From Octopus sinensis (Eukaryota), in the NCBI RefSeq assembly GCF_006345805.1, contig NC_043000.1:52204001-52268000 (forward strand): a stretch of DNA of 64,000 bases, given 5' to 3'. The notes beneath the pieces are model-generated. The model saw nothing but the letters and a program-made list of their open reading frames with translations, had not been told where the DNA came from and made no database searches. The stretch's first letter is position 1. Every line of letters begins with the position of its first letter. The translations under genes were made by a program, and so were the position numbers. Of the stretch, positions 40,180-54,381 are shown piece by piece.

Positions 40180-41589
40180 CACACAACAAAATTGTCACAA
40201 TTTTATATTTTGAATTTCGCGCATGCTCATTGTTTTTCCTTTTGTCGAGTACACAGTGAAGTAGGGTTAGTTGGGTACCGTTCGTGAAAAAGAACTGCAC
40301 AATGACGCAATTCGTGACGCCAGAGATTTGGAAACGACATGCTGTACTGCTTGGTATTCGCGCGGGAAGCTCCATATGAACATTTCAGAGTGTTTTGCTG
40401 TAAATCTGAGGTTAGTGTAATCTGAGGATATGTACTGATAGTAGTAAAAGTCAAACAACTAGTCAACCTCATGGTGGTTGGATTGATCACTCGTTACGCC
40501 CTTCATTCACTTTCCCACACGGCCTCAAACTCAACACGGAGGCGTACATCAAGTTCCTGGATAATGTAATGCTGCCCTGGGTGAAGGGAGTGGTTGCTGG
40601 AAGAACCTATGTCTGGCAACAGGACTCTGCACCGTGTCACACAATCAGGAGAACATAATCATGGCTCTCAAGCAATTTCTGCGACTACATCAATCGAAAC
40701 ATCTGGCCACCTAACTGCCCAGACTGCAATTCCCCTGATTATTATGTGTGGGGCGTAGTTGAGCGAGAGACCAAATAAATTCCTTATAACAGCAAAGATG
40801 GACTTAACGCAAGGATTATGGCAGCATTCACTTATGTAAACAGACCGTCCAGAAGAGTTGCAGGAGATTCCGAAGTCGTCTGGAGGCCTAGGTTGATCAA
40901 TGGCAATTTTATAGAATAAATTTACTCTTTTGCATATCGAGATATTTTTATGTAATTTTACTAAATATATCTGTTAAAACGTGCTGTCAGTGTTAGTTTC
41001 ATCTTTGCATAATTTACACGACAGCTTATCTACCTTTGCTTGGGCCTCCGTTGGTCATGACTGACTATGGATAATGTCATCCGTCCGTTGAGTTCTCTAT
41101 TCAGTTTTTGGAACGCGTCCCGTGGCTGTAGAGACCTATGCGAGAGTGGCAGTCTCGTTTGCAGAGGTCACACCTATAGGTTGAATCCGGTCTGTTGGCT
41201 GTCATTTCTTTTCTGCGGGCTCGGTTTTCAGCTGCCGCCACCCTCAAATTCTTTTCGCCAGTCTGCAGCTGTTTGTGAAGAGTGCCTCTCCAGCTGGTTC
41301 GGTTGGCTGTGAGATCCTCCCAAGAATTGGTGTTGATGCCAAGTGTCTTCATATCCCCCTGCACACGTCCCTGCACCTCAGCTTCGGGCGGCCATTGTTT
41401 CTCACCCCTGCGACAAGCTCTCCAAAGAGCATATCCTTTGGAATCCGACCATCCTCCATACGGCAAACTTGGCCAAGCCAGCGCAGCCGACGTTTTCTTA
41501 GCAAAGTGAGCATGGTGGGGAGGCCAACACAAGACAGAACGTCAGTATTGGTTGCATCCGTCCATACCATCCTTATTCACCACACCCTG
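40180..41589 (+). mobile_element. Internally deleted DD37D (maT) transposon
   Basis: N-terminus MTQFVTPEIWKRHAVLLGIRAGSS (~40291). Catalytic region VWQQDSAPCHT...WPPNCPDCNSPDYYVWG (40610-40750). Terminal cacaccctg|TA at 41589. Confidence 0.85.
41035..41571 (-). mobile_element. 5'-truncated RTE (BovB-like) LINE inserted into the maT right end
   Basis: LRKRRLRWLGQVCRMEDGRIPKDMLFGEL...GRPKLR..D and C-terminal YRCDLCKRDCHSRIGLYSH; candidate TSD cttatctacc (41025-41034) / cttattcacc (41572-41581). Confidence 0.9.
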
Positions 41590-41657
<68 letters not shown>

Positions 41658-44418
41658 CGGGGAGGGAGGGATATATATATATATATATATAGTAGGCGAG
41701 AGAGAGAGAAAGAGAAAAAGTGCGAGAGAAAGAGACTAAATATAATAAAATATTATACTAAGTATTTATTTGATATAATGATCATGTTTTCCGATGATGT
41801 ATAGGATCAGCATTAACTTTTATCTTGAGATAAAATATATTTCTGTGTATATGCTCTACAGTAGTGGAGATTTAGTAACCACCCTTGGGAAAATATTTAT
41901 GTTCAAAGAACATTGCAAAGAAAACCAATGGAGAATGTGGACTACAAGGCTTGAAATACAAAGAAAATATATTATATTATATTTATGTATATATATATAT
42001 ATATATATATAGATATATATATATATATATATATAATATATATATAGATATATATATATATATATATATATATTTAATGTCTGTGTGTGTGCGCGCGTGA
42101 TCGTGTGGGAGTTCGTAGGCGTACGAGGGAGTATTCGTAAGCACGTACATATAACTGAGAAGTTGTGCGTGAGTGAGTATATTGTCAGTAAAATTTCAAT
42201 GATAGCACTGTAGTGAATGTATAGATAGGAGTACAGAGTGACTGAAAGAGTGAAAGGAAGAAAGAGAGAGAGAGAAATGGGAGAGAGAGAAAAGAGAGAA
42301 TGAGAGAAGGAGAGAGAGAGACAGAATGGTAGATGGCAATATGGAAGAAACAGAGTGGAGTAGCGATAGAGATATAGTGGGAGAAGGGAATAGGAAATAT
42401 AGAGAAAGAAAATGAAATAAAAAGGAAGTACAAAAAATCTTTTGCGGTTCTAGAAAAAGCGATATTGAACAGCATGTCTTAGGTTTGGGCGGAGATAGCT
42501 GTAATAATCAGGTTGGTTGTTCCATTAATCGAATCAAGATCAATATTAGATTTTTGAAATTATTTGACAAGACACATTTCGAATTTTCAAATATTTTCCT
42601 AAGAATTCTCTTTAGAACATGAAATGTATTCATATTCTCACTATCAGCCCGTTGTAACTATTAATTTTCGTACGGCAAAATGGAGAACTCACAATGGAAC
42701 AGACGATACGCAGGATATTAATTATAGATAAGAAAGCAATGTTGATTTGGATATCAATAGAAGAGCGTTGATCACAGAAATATGACTGATTTGGTATAGA
42801 TATAGGTATTTCCTTCAAAGTACAAACTATGGAAGATTAGCGGTATCACTAAATAGTGATATATTTTACAGTCGTATGTATATCATACAAATTAGCTTTT
42901 ATCCGCTGACAAAATATTGTACATACTTTTTATAAAGGAAATCCCAGAATATTGAGATAGACATACATATTATAGTAATATAATTACTTATTTGACTATT
43001 CGTTTAAATGTTTTATATATATTCATTTTTTTATTTTCTTTTATGTTTTATAATCTCATGTTTTCAGATTCTGTACTTACTGTATCAGAATATTTTTCGT
43101 TTGTCTTTTACACAATTTGGTTTTCATTCTTATTGTTCATGGTATTTCGTTGATGTTGTTTAGTTTCAGTTGGAAAGTAAATTCATTGGTAATATTAAAA
43201 ATTCCCCCCTCACAATTATCACTTAATATTATCATTTAAGATTTGCATACAACTGTTGTAGTTGTTAATTGTTTTTGTGGGAGTTTATCCCTTGGCAAAT
43301 TCTGGTCAAAGATACAACCTTGATTTTGTTTCACGGCATTAACGTATCCACAGCATTATGAAATGTGTTATTCATATACAAAGGCAGTAAGGTGTGATTT
43401 AAGTCATAATTGGCTGCTATTTATCCAGCTTTAGAAACCAGGTAGAGGACACCAATTTCGTTTGCATATTTTAATGAAGGACATAATTCACTGTAATTCA
43501 CAATAGATTTATGTATCAGATCTGACAACCTATCTGCTTAATTGTGTGTTCATCTACTAAAATATATCAAATAAAAAATTCTTGTGTCGTCTTTTATTTC
43601 TCTCTGAATGCACTTTATTAGCTCTTCAATTTTTTTATCTATCAATTTTGTTAATGATTACATTTATATAGCCATTCGATAACTAGAGATCGATAAAACG
43701 GTATCAAACAAAGCACAGAGGTCGATAGAAAATCGACTAAAACCATTGAAGGCGTTACCCCCATATGATTTACTAAAACCAGGAAAATAATAAAAGATTG
43801 AATAAAATAATATTCAAGTGTTTTCGTAAATTAAAAAAAAGAAACTTTCATTGATATCCCGTTACTTATAAAACATATCAGTATTTAAACATGCAAATGT
43901 TATTTTGCTTTCTTAATAGGTCAATAAGTCATTGATTTATATCATTGGCTACGAAACGTTAATCATAAAATATCATAAAATACAAAACATTTGATCTTTG
44001 ACTCTATTTTTCACACTTGCGTGAGATGAACAGGTCGAAAGTATGATTAATATATAAGGAATCATTAATACACATCATGTTTTGAATAATATCTATCATA
44101 TACAATATCGATTTCTTTTGATGAAGGACACGTTCAACAGTTTTTGCTAACCTTCTGCCCCATTATAGAAGTAATATTACTTATCGAAATATTTTATTAC
44201 TTGAGACTTACAATTAGCCAGATTCAAAAAGTGAAGCCCTACCTGTGTCTGTGTTAGTGGTTCATATCTTTCCCCCTGTGTTACCTTGTCCTTGTTATAT
44301 ATACATACCACAGGTGACTGCCATAGCTGAGTATTGTAAGTGAGAGTAAAGGATTAAAATTGTTTGAGCTTGCTGTGTCAAGTTTTTACACTTATTTAGG
44401 AAAGATTTCGATAAGTGT

Positions 44419-44602
44419 GTGTGGTAAGAAACTTGCTTACCAACCACATGGTTCCGTGTTCAGTGCCACTGTGTGGCACCATACGCAAATGTCTTCTTGT
44501 ATAACCTCATGCGGACCAAAGACTTGTGAGTCAATATGTTAGACGGAAACAGAAAGTAGCCCGTCATACATACATACATACATACATACATACATACACA
44601 AA

Positions 44603-44664
<62 letters not shown>

Positions 44665-45095
44665 GATGTGTGTATTTTTCCCGTGTTTAAAATTAACACG
44701 GAAAAAATAGATAAACAGTTACCGGGGTAGCAAACAATCACACAAGGAAAAAGGGCGTAGCACCTTGTTTTTGTAAGGTTGGAACTCCGGCTTTACGGGA
44801 AATATTTTGAATAATATATATAAATAAATAAATGGGGTTAACAGCAGGTGTTATTCAAATTCTTTTACTTACGACGCATGTTCCTCTTCCGTATGTGTGT
44901 GTAATGAGTGTGTCTGTTTGTTCCACCCCCACATCACTTGACAACCGATGCTCCTGCCTTCGCGATCCCGTAACTTAGTTTTTCGGCAAAAGCGTCCGAT
45001 AGAACAAATACTAGGTTTACAAAGAATAAGTCCTGGGTCGATTTGCTCGATGTAAAATTCATGAAAAAAAGACATCGGTACCTGAAGTAATGAAA
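44419..45095 (+). mobile_element. SINE family A interrupted in its central microsatellite
   Basis: Head 44419-44566, (TACA)(CA)(TA)n to ~44665, unrelated ~215-bp insert, then 3' half 44890-45095. Confidence 0.8.
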
Positions 45096-45518
45096 CACTG
45101 GTATATAGAATGTTTTCCTTTTAGAGCTACTTAGCATAAACTTAATTCTGGAATTGACTTCAGAGACAATAACCTTGTTATTAATATTTCTGGGGGATGG
45201 ATGGTATTAGCTAAATTAATGTTAGTATTAGAAAAATGTATTCCTATTTAACAGGCTAATATTATGTGAGGAGATAATTTGTAAGAGATCTTTTTGTTTT
45301 GGAAAAACCAATTCTAACTCTGTGCGAGTTGATAATAGAGTAATAGCTATACATCATATTCTGTTAAAATGCCTTATGGACGAGTTATAATTCTTCAATT
45401 CCCCGAAGAGAAGATTACATCGTTTTACACATTTTAATCCTTTGGAATAATACTCATGATATCTTCAACGTGTCCGAAGTAAAAGATTTGAATAACACCT
45501 GAGGTTAACTCCATTTAT

Positions 45519-45555
<37 letters not shown>

Positions 45556-45558
<3 letters not shown>

Positions 45559-45898
45559 GGTAAAGACCCCCTTCGGTCATGAATGAACATGGGATTGCAC
45601 CTAGAAAGTTACCCTCCTAGATACAAGTCTGGGCAAGGTGGTTTATGGAAGACCAGCAGTCGCCCATGCATACCGGCCTCCCCTCTCCACGTCACCAATG
45701 TTGTCCAAGGGGAAGGCAAGGGCCGATACAGCTTGGCACCTGTGACGTCGCAACTCATTTCTACAGCTGAGTGAACTGGAGCAACGTGAAATAAAGTGCC
45801 TTGCTCAAGAACACAACACGCAGCCCGGTCCGGGATTCGAGCTCACAACCTCGCGATCGTAAGCTCGACGCTCTAACCACTGAGCCATGCGCCTTCAC
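45556..45898 (-). mobile_element. Full-length tRNA-derived SINE (CORE-like centre, RTE-derived 3' part; OR-type)
   Basis: A box tggctcagtggtt and B box gagctcgaatccc; central gagcaaggcactttatttcac..ctgtagaaatgag; 3' domain collinear with the RTE UTR at 21274-21361; flanked by (TA)n. Confidence 0.88.
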
Positions 45899-45919
45899 GC
45901 GCATATATACATATATATA

Positions 45920-45964
<45 letters not shown>

Positions 45965-45965
45965 T

Positions 45966-46038
<73 letters not shown>

Positions 46039-46046
46039 TATATATA

Positions 46047-46084
<38 letters not shown>

Positions 46085-46437
46085 CATACATACATACAGA
46101 GATTGATAGATGGATAGATGGATAAAGTGTTTTGATTGATAGATAAATATTCCTCCTTGCTTACTGGTTCTAATTATGCATAGATGAGGTTTTCAATAGC
46201 ATCCTAATGAGGCAATAATTTATCGAACATAGCATTATTGTTGAATAGGAGAGTAATAAGTTTTAAAAATCCGTAATAAACAGGACAAGATACCTTAAAG
46301 AACCTACATTTTCTACCTATATATTCAAGTTCAATTAAAAAAACTGCAGGTATTTTAGTGGGGTGGATTCAATCGATTCCGTTGCTTCTTCTATTGATTT
46401 GTGCTTATTCATCAATCAGAAAACTTACATAATTTTC

Positions 46438-46655
46438 TTTAAAATAAAATATTGATTTCAACTTTCGGCACAAGGCTATCAATTTCCGGGAATGTGGTGA
46501 GTCGATCAGATCAATTACATTACACAACTGGTACTTATTTTATTAACCCCGAAAAGTTAAAAAGCAAAGTACATCTCGGGAGAATTTGAACTCAAAACGT
46601 GAAGACGAACGGAATGCTATTAAGCGCTTTGGCTGGCGTGCTAACGATTGTGCCA
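46438..46655 (-). mobile_element. SINE family B, degenerate
   Basis: ctggtacttattttatt..ccccgaaa..gcaaagt..gaatttgaactcaaaacgt..gtgctaacgatt. Confidence 0.75.
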
Positions 46656-46680
46656 TGAAACCGATGCGGAAACGTTGGAA

Positions 46681-47335
<655 letters not shown>

Positions 47336-48189
47336 ATATATGTCTACACGCACACATACATGCACGCACATATATGCGTATATATCTCAGAAGTTGCGTG
47401 GTTGAGAGCATTATTTTTCTTGTAAAAAAAAACATTAACAAAATAACTGCTATTGAAGTGTCACGAGCAGCTGTTATCACAAACAGCTACTCTCCACATA
47501 CACCAAACACAAAATCAGGGAAATTTGTCCGTTAGAAACCACAGATTAAGACAAAGGAGGTGTGTTTCTAACTATGTATAACCTTCATTGGATTGTAGAC
47601 TAAGTATGCAACACAACCGCGATCATAATCATATAATTCCGACACCAGAGAGTCTTCCACGCGGTTTATGGATTGTTACAGTCTACAGGAAACATATGCA
47701 GCTCTCAACTGATTGCCGTCTAAATTATGTTAAATTACAGAGTTTTTCAACACAGGTCATTAGAGATGGCTCGGAACACGTTCAACATGTCTGATTCTAA
47801 GGAAAATGGAGACAAAAATGTGAAATTTATTCAATATATAGCAATATTGTCGCCTTTTATTGCTGTTGAGATTTACAATTCGTAGTTAGCTCTCTCTCAT
47901 TAGTGTAAATATCTAAGATGTTATGTATTTTGATAGATAAGTATGAGGGTATGAGTGAAAGATGGTCAAACGAGATCTGAGGAAACATGAAAGAAATATA
48001 GATGAAGGAAAAGAAGAGAGGGGAGTATGAGAAGAAGAAGAGGACGACGAAGAAGAGGAACAGGAGGAGAAGAAGAAGAAGAATACGAGGAGGAGGAGGA
48101 AGAAGGTGATGATGAATCTTGCAGAGGATAAAAAGTAACTGCTTGCATTGAAGACATCACCACGGCTGCTTCCTCTGCTTCTATTGCTA

Positions 48190-48202
48190 AATAATAATAA
48201 TG

Positions 48203-48297
<95 letters not shown>

Positions 48298-48570
48298 AAT
48301 AATAATAATGATAATAATAATAATAATAATAATAATAATATAATAATAATAATAATAATAATTAGAAGACGAAGAAGAAAACGAAGAAGAAAGAAGAAGA
48401 AGAAGAAGAAGAAGAGAAGACGAAGAAGAAGAAGAAGAAGAAGAAGAAGACAAGAAGAAGAAGAAGTAGAAGAAGTAGAAGAAGAAGAAGAAGAAGAAAG
48501 AAGAAGAAGAAGAAGAAGAAGAAGAGAAGAAGAAGAAGAAGAAGAAGAAGAAGAAGAAGAAGAAGAAGGA
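48190..48570. repeat. (AAT)n-(GAT)n-(AAT)n-(GAA)n compound trinucleotide array
   Basis: Direct tandem repeats; explains the poly-N/D/R/E ORF. Confidence 0.95.
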
Positions 48571-50060
48571 TGAGGTAGATTAGAGCGACGATGATGTCAC
48601 GTGCAGAGTATTAGATGTAGAAAAATGAGAAGAAATAGAAGTTGGTGAATAAAAAGCGAAAAGGAAGAGAAGCAGGAAATGAAGGAAAAGCACAGAGGAG
48701 CGAAAGGAATAAAAAGTAAAATTAAGAGATAAAGGTTAGAAAACAAGTAACGAAAATGACGGCAGAAGAATGTAGAGGATAACATAACAGAGACAGAATG
48801 TTGCAGATTACAAGGCAAATAACATAGAACGGAAAAAATAAGCAGGATGAAATAAGAGGAGTGTAAAAAGATATAAAGTATGTAGATGGAATAAGTATGT
48901 GAAAAAAACCATGTAGTTAGTAAACTTTGATATATTTCGATCCCTGCACGAGACATTAGGACTCTACGCAACCTCACGGCAACTAACTTGTTTCAGTTTT
49001 TATATATATTTTTATATACATATTCATTTATGGTTGTCTTTTTATTATATCACTTTCCGGTCTTGACCACGTTCAAAGTGAGACGTCTTTTTTCTGTGGT
49101 TTCATTTGATTCTGTTAATCATAACACTGAGTTTGGTAAATATTGCGATTATCTCTTAGATGTCTAAGCATTCTTTGATTGAAAATATATGTAACTCGAA
49201 CACCATCATATGATCATATATGTATATAAGTGACGTACCGATTTATTAATAATACCTCGTAAAGTTGTTCTTCATTCTGAGTTCAGATATCGCTGATGCC
49301 AACTTTACCTTTACAGTAAAGGCATATCCTCTATTAGAGTCGATTCTCTCTTATTTCTCTTATATTCTATTTTTAATTCTCTCTTAATGGAAAAAAAATT
49401 GGTTATCGTGAGGCTTAGCGAGGGATGTGCCGCGCTAGGTGTACAATTGCCCCAATCTCGCCATATCTGATAACTGATACGACGCTCTATAAATCCCAAA
49501 CTAGCATAATCATCTATTCATCTAGTCATCTATTTGGGAACCATCTCAAATACTTACTCATAAACTGTCACCCCGCAAACCCACTCGCCCTCCACATTCC
49601 ATAATAGTTTACTTTGCACCTACACAGGGCCCCTTCTAGCACTAAGAACTTCTTAAACTGTTGCCATAATATAATTTTTAGCCATAATACAATTTTAATC
49701 CACCCTACCTTGTCTAATAAAACTGGTATGAGTTAACTCACTTTTCACCCTAAGTTAGATTTACACTCTCCTTCACTTACACCGCAGGTGACTAAAACTC
49801 ACCGTGGACTTAAACCAATTTAATGCACACTTGCGAAAAATATGCTTAGTTAAACTCGGAACCCCACACCAAAATAATATACACCCCGCTCTAATTACCC
49901 AACGGAATAAAGTAACCAAACTACTAAGATGAAACCTCTCCTCCACTAAATAACCAGCTCAAGGAAAAAATTTAATGCAAGATTTACTAACGGTGCCTCT
50001 ATTACCATCACATATATATCAATCATTTTCGTATTCTGACCGATGCATCAATCTATTTTC

Positions 50061-50111
50061 GCATTCTGAAGAGATTTACTAAAACTAGTAAATTGAAACG
50101 ATCGTAAATGC
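50061..50111 (+). ncRNA. Minimal type-I hammerhead ribozyme with intact core
   Basis: gcatt-CTGAAGA(50066-50072)-gatttacta[aaac]tagtaaatt-GAAAC(50095-50099)-gatc-GTA|aatgc. Stem I 5 bp; stem II 9 bp (G.U at base); palindromic stem III acgatcgt. Confidence 0.88.
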
Positions 50112-50199
50112 TACCTTCTTCTTAGTTATCTAATTTAATTAAAGGCATATCAGTGAAAACCACGAATTTCCCTTTGTTATTTACATCCATTTTCTTCTC

Positions 50200-50227
<28 letters not shown>

Positions 50228-50244
<17 letters not shown>

Positions 50245-50478
50245 TAGAGTTATGTGCGTGTCTCTTTGTATCTGTGTTTATCCCCCGACCATTGTTTGAG
50301 AAGTAATTTTTGTGTGTTTACGTCCCCGTAACTTCATGGTTCGTCAAAACAGACCGATAGAAAAAGTACTAGGCTTACAAAAAATAAGTCCTGGGGCAAT
50401 TTCTTCGATTTAAGTCCTTTAAGACGGTGCTCTAGCATGACCACAGTCAAATGACTGAAGCAATTAAAAGAATAAAAT
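50228..50478 (+). mobile_element. SINE family A, 3' half
   Basis: ttacgtccccgtaactt..accgatagaa..agtactaggcttaca..ataagtcctgggg..aaatgactgaa; A-rich tail. Confidence 0.8.
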
Positions 50479-52454
50479 AATATACCTACTTCTTTTCACA
50501 TCTGCGCAGGAGCTCGATGGACACCATCTTCTTTTTTCTACATCTCTCCCAACAATTGGATGAAAGACTCAGGAAATTGGCAGACAAAATGTTTTGCTGT
50601 CTTCAGTCAAGACCCCTCGTTCTCTATTCAAATACTGCCGAATCCAAATTTGCCTTTAATCCCCTCTGGATCGATAAACTGCTTACTATTTAAGTATTAA
50701 AATTTATTTTTATCGACTTTTCTCACACCTAAAATAATCAATATATTACAAATAGAAAACGTTGCAGATGACAATAAATGTTCTAACAAATTATATCTCC
50801 AAGTTTAAATGTAGACATATTACTGGAAACACAGTATACTACTAGTGCGCGTCTATTTCGGATATTTTAAAGAGATCATCTGTTGGATTATAAATTAAGA
50901 AGATATTAATACTATATTTGTTAATGTTGCTGTCTAGTGTCAAGTCAAATCTGGTCCAGAAGATCCAATAATTAAAGCCGAGCCAGACATCTTGTGTTTT
51001 TCAATATTGGGTATTGTGTTGTTCAATGTATCATACTGTATTTTTGGTTGTAGATTGTGATTAGAGAACATTCGTCTACTATTACTAGCAGAGTTAATAT
51101 TTGTGTAGAGACTTCCTCGTTAACTGGTAATGATATCGTTTATCGGATATTATGCTGGATCTAGACGCGTGGTTATAAGTTCTCGATAAACCAATTTCAT
51201 AAACCAGATTTGATTTTCATTTGGAATAGTTTAGTTTCAGGTATTTGTGATTACTACCAATACACACGAGTATATCTGTTCCTTAAAACCTATAGTCAAG
51301 TAATCTATTTTAGAACAACACTTCATGTTTATACGATAGTTCGTTTTCCATTATCAAGCTGGAAAATAATTATAGTAATTCTTATCAAAACAGATTTTGT
51401 TGAGATACATAGAACCGATATCAGCATATGATATTAGTTATAATATTATCCAAGTTCTGAATTTTTTCCTTCTCGCTATATAGAAAAATTGGCAATTCTC
51501 GATGCTGTTTCAGATTTACTCAGTAAAATGTATTAGAAAGGGAAAAAAATCAGAAGTAAATAAATACAATATACTGCTGCCTTTTGATTTTATCAAGGAA
51601 TCCTTGTTATCCAATGGAATCAAGGACTGTGATCATTCTTTAAGCAGAATGCACAAGAAAAGAAATCTGCATAGAAATATTGAAAAGTATATCAATACTA
51701 AATATCTAAACGTTATCGACACATACGTCTTTTTTTTACTTGCTATTTAAGCGTTCGACTCAATGATAATACCAAGCGTTAGGAGAAAGTAAAAAGATGT
51801 ATGAGATGAACATAAATTTCGATTAAATAGAAAGAAATATATAGTTCTAGCAACTCTGATATTTCGTATCCATCAGTGTAGTCTGGTTATGCATATCTAC
51901 CAATCCGACTACTTTTAGATAAATCTTTGAAAAGCAAATGGATGTACATGTGTTTTGACGATGAGAATTCTGTAGCGTGTTATTGGCAGAGTATTCCACA
52001 GTCTACACTTAACGAATCCTAAGGCAGAATCGGTGTGTCACAGCCGGAATCGACTCAGAAGGCTTAGGTGGACACACGAAAATAATAAAAGAATCTGACT
52101 CGACCCAAAAGGCGACACATTTCTGATTTCAAAGGAAATTATCTAATAATTCCAGGAGTCTTTTCCCTCTACATTCAAAGAGAAGGTGGCGAGGTCAAAC
52201 ATATTATTTTACGGTGTCTTTTTTAACATGGTACTGCGCGTAGTTATACATTATTTAATTAATCCCTAGTTGCAAAAAGCATATATCTGTACATTAAAAT
52301 ATAGAGAAAGTTGGAGATATACCTACTATACATAGTTGATAAATATACTCCAGATGAGTGTGATGAAAATCGGGGTACGTCTTCTTTGATGAACGATGAA
52401 CAAATATGAAAGGAATTCGTAAAGATTCTAATTTTTTTCTGTTCAGTGAGCGTA

Positions 52455-52870
52455 TGCATGGCTGTGTGTTAAGAAATTTGCCTCCCAACCACATGGTTTT
52501 GTGTTTAATCCTTCTTTCTGAAAACTTGGGCATGTACCTTCTAGTATAGCCCCGGACCAATGAAAGCCTTGGAAGTCGAAAACTGAAAGAAGCCCGTCGT
52601 ACATACACACATATGTGCGTATGGTTGTCTGTATGTATATATCTGTATATATATATGTGTGTATGGTTGTCTGTAATGTTTGTGTCTGTCAACACATCAC
52701 TTGAGAACGGGCTTTAGTTTGTTTATATCCTCGCAACTTAGTGGTTGTGTATACGGGAAGGAAACAATATGTATCAGAGTCTAAAGAGAAGTAGTGGGTA
52801 CGATTTCATCGACTAAAAACACTTCAAGTTGGTGGTGTTGCATTGTTACAAATCAATGAATGAAAGATGT
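52455..52870 (+). mobile_element. SINE family A, degenerate
   Basis: ggctgtgtgttaagaa..cccaaccacatgg..aaactgaaagaagcccgtcg; internal TA/TG tract; decayed 3' half. Confidence 0.75.
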
Positions 52871-53443
52871 AACAGTTAAAAGATGAAATGCATAGCTTAA
52901 CTGCGTCTAAATTCTTAAAAGCACATCTCCCAGTTCGTCTTTACGCACAAACGCACACATACGCAGATAAACATAGACGTTCAAACGCACTCCCCTTTGA
53001 CATACGACGATAGAGTGGGAGAGCTCGAATCTCACCATTACAAAACCAAATTCTCAACTACATAACTTTACTCTTCCTTCCCTTTCGTTATTCATGTACA
53101 GGCAAATATCATCTATATGTGTGAGTATGCATATAAAGATGTACACACACACACACACACACTCACACACACACACACACACACACACATATTAGGTTGC
53201 TCTTGAGCGCTACCTGTTATATGTTAATTGTAACCGGGTATATTCTCTTGCATAGTCTATTTGGTGTGTAGGGTATGTTTTGGGCCACCTTCGGGGTGAA
53301 AATAAGAGCTATGAAAATGCAAATGAACTCAGGAGAGTGAATAGCTATCCGGTTATGTGATATTTTACTCATTTTGATGTTTGATGGATATATAGCGGTA
53401 TGTAAGTGGACTCAAAAAATCTCTAGTGAGACATTTTATTGAT

Positions 53444-53485
53444 GTACCTGAAGAGACCCAGAACGGGTCGCAACGTGTGTTGTAC
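53444..53485 (+). ncRNA. Minimal type-I hammerhead motif (A13 to C variant)
   Basis: gtac-CTGAAGA(53448-53454)-gaccc[agaac]gggtc-GCAAC-gtgt-GTT|gtac. Perfect 5-bp stem II and 4-bp stem I. Confidence 0.75.
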
Positions 53486-53520
53486 CTAATAAAGTCTATT
53501 ACACATTCCATTTCCTATTT

Positions 53521-53584
<64 letters not shown>

Positions 53585-53600
53585 CATATATATACGTATG

Positions 53601-53631
<31 letters not shown>

Positions 53632-53676
53632 TATATATATATATATGTATATATATATATTGATAGATATATATAT

Positions 53677-53724
<48 letters not shown>

Positions 53725-54229
53725 ATACATATACACATGTGTCTATATATGTTATAAAGATATATGCACACAATATACTTACATATGAGACATACGTAGA
53801 TGCATATTTATATATATATATACATATATATTTATCCATATACTGTATATGTTTAAGATGTGTGTATATCTATATCTGTATCTATATGTATGCGCGCGCG
53901 CGTGTGTGTACGTAAGTATGTGTGTATATATATATATATTATGTGTGTGTATGTGTGTACGTAAGTACGTATGTATGCATATTGAAAACTGAACTTGATC
54001 TGTTCTTAAATGTCTAGATAATAAATTATACTGTATATAGATATATTCATAAGTAAATAAGTCAGCAAGCCTGTAATGAAACTTTTACAGAATAATAAAA
54101 ATACTGCATGAATAATTTATTATCAGTCAGCAAGTATTTCGTACAACTTCAATGGTTTGTTACGTCATTTTATGGTGTCTTTAATGATGAATATATATGA
54201 AATTTTCATTCGTATTAGCCTTCATCTCT

Positions 54230-54350
54230 ACTACCTCCTCTTGCTCCTCCTCCTCCTCGTTTACGCTCTTCTTCTTCTTCTTCTTCTTCTTCTTCTTCTT
54301 CTTCTTCTTCTTCTTCTTCTTCTTCTTCTTCTTCTTCTTCTCTTCTTCTT

Positions 54351-54380
<30 letters not shown>
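54230..54380. repeat. (CTT)n microsatellite
   Basis: Direct tandem repeats. Confidence 0.95.
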
Positions 54381-54381
<1 letters not shown>

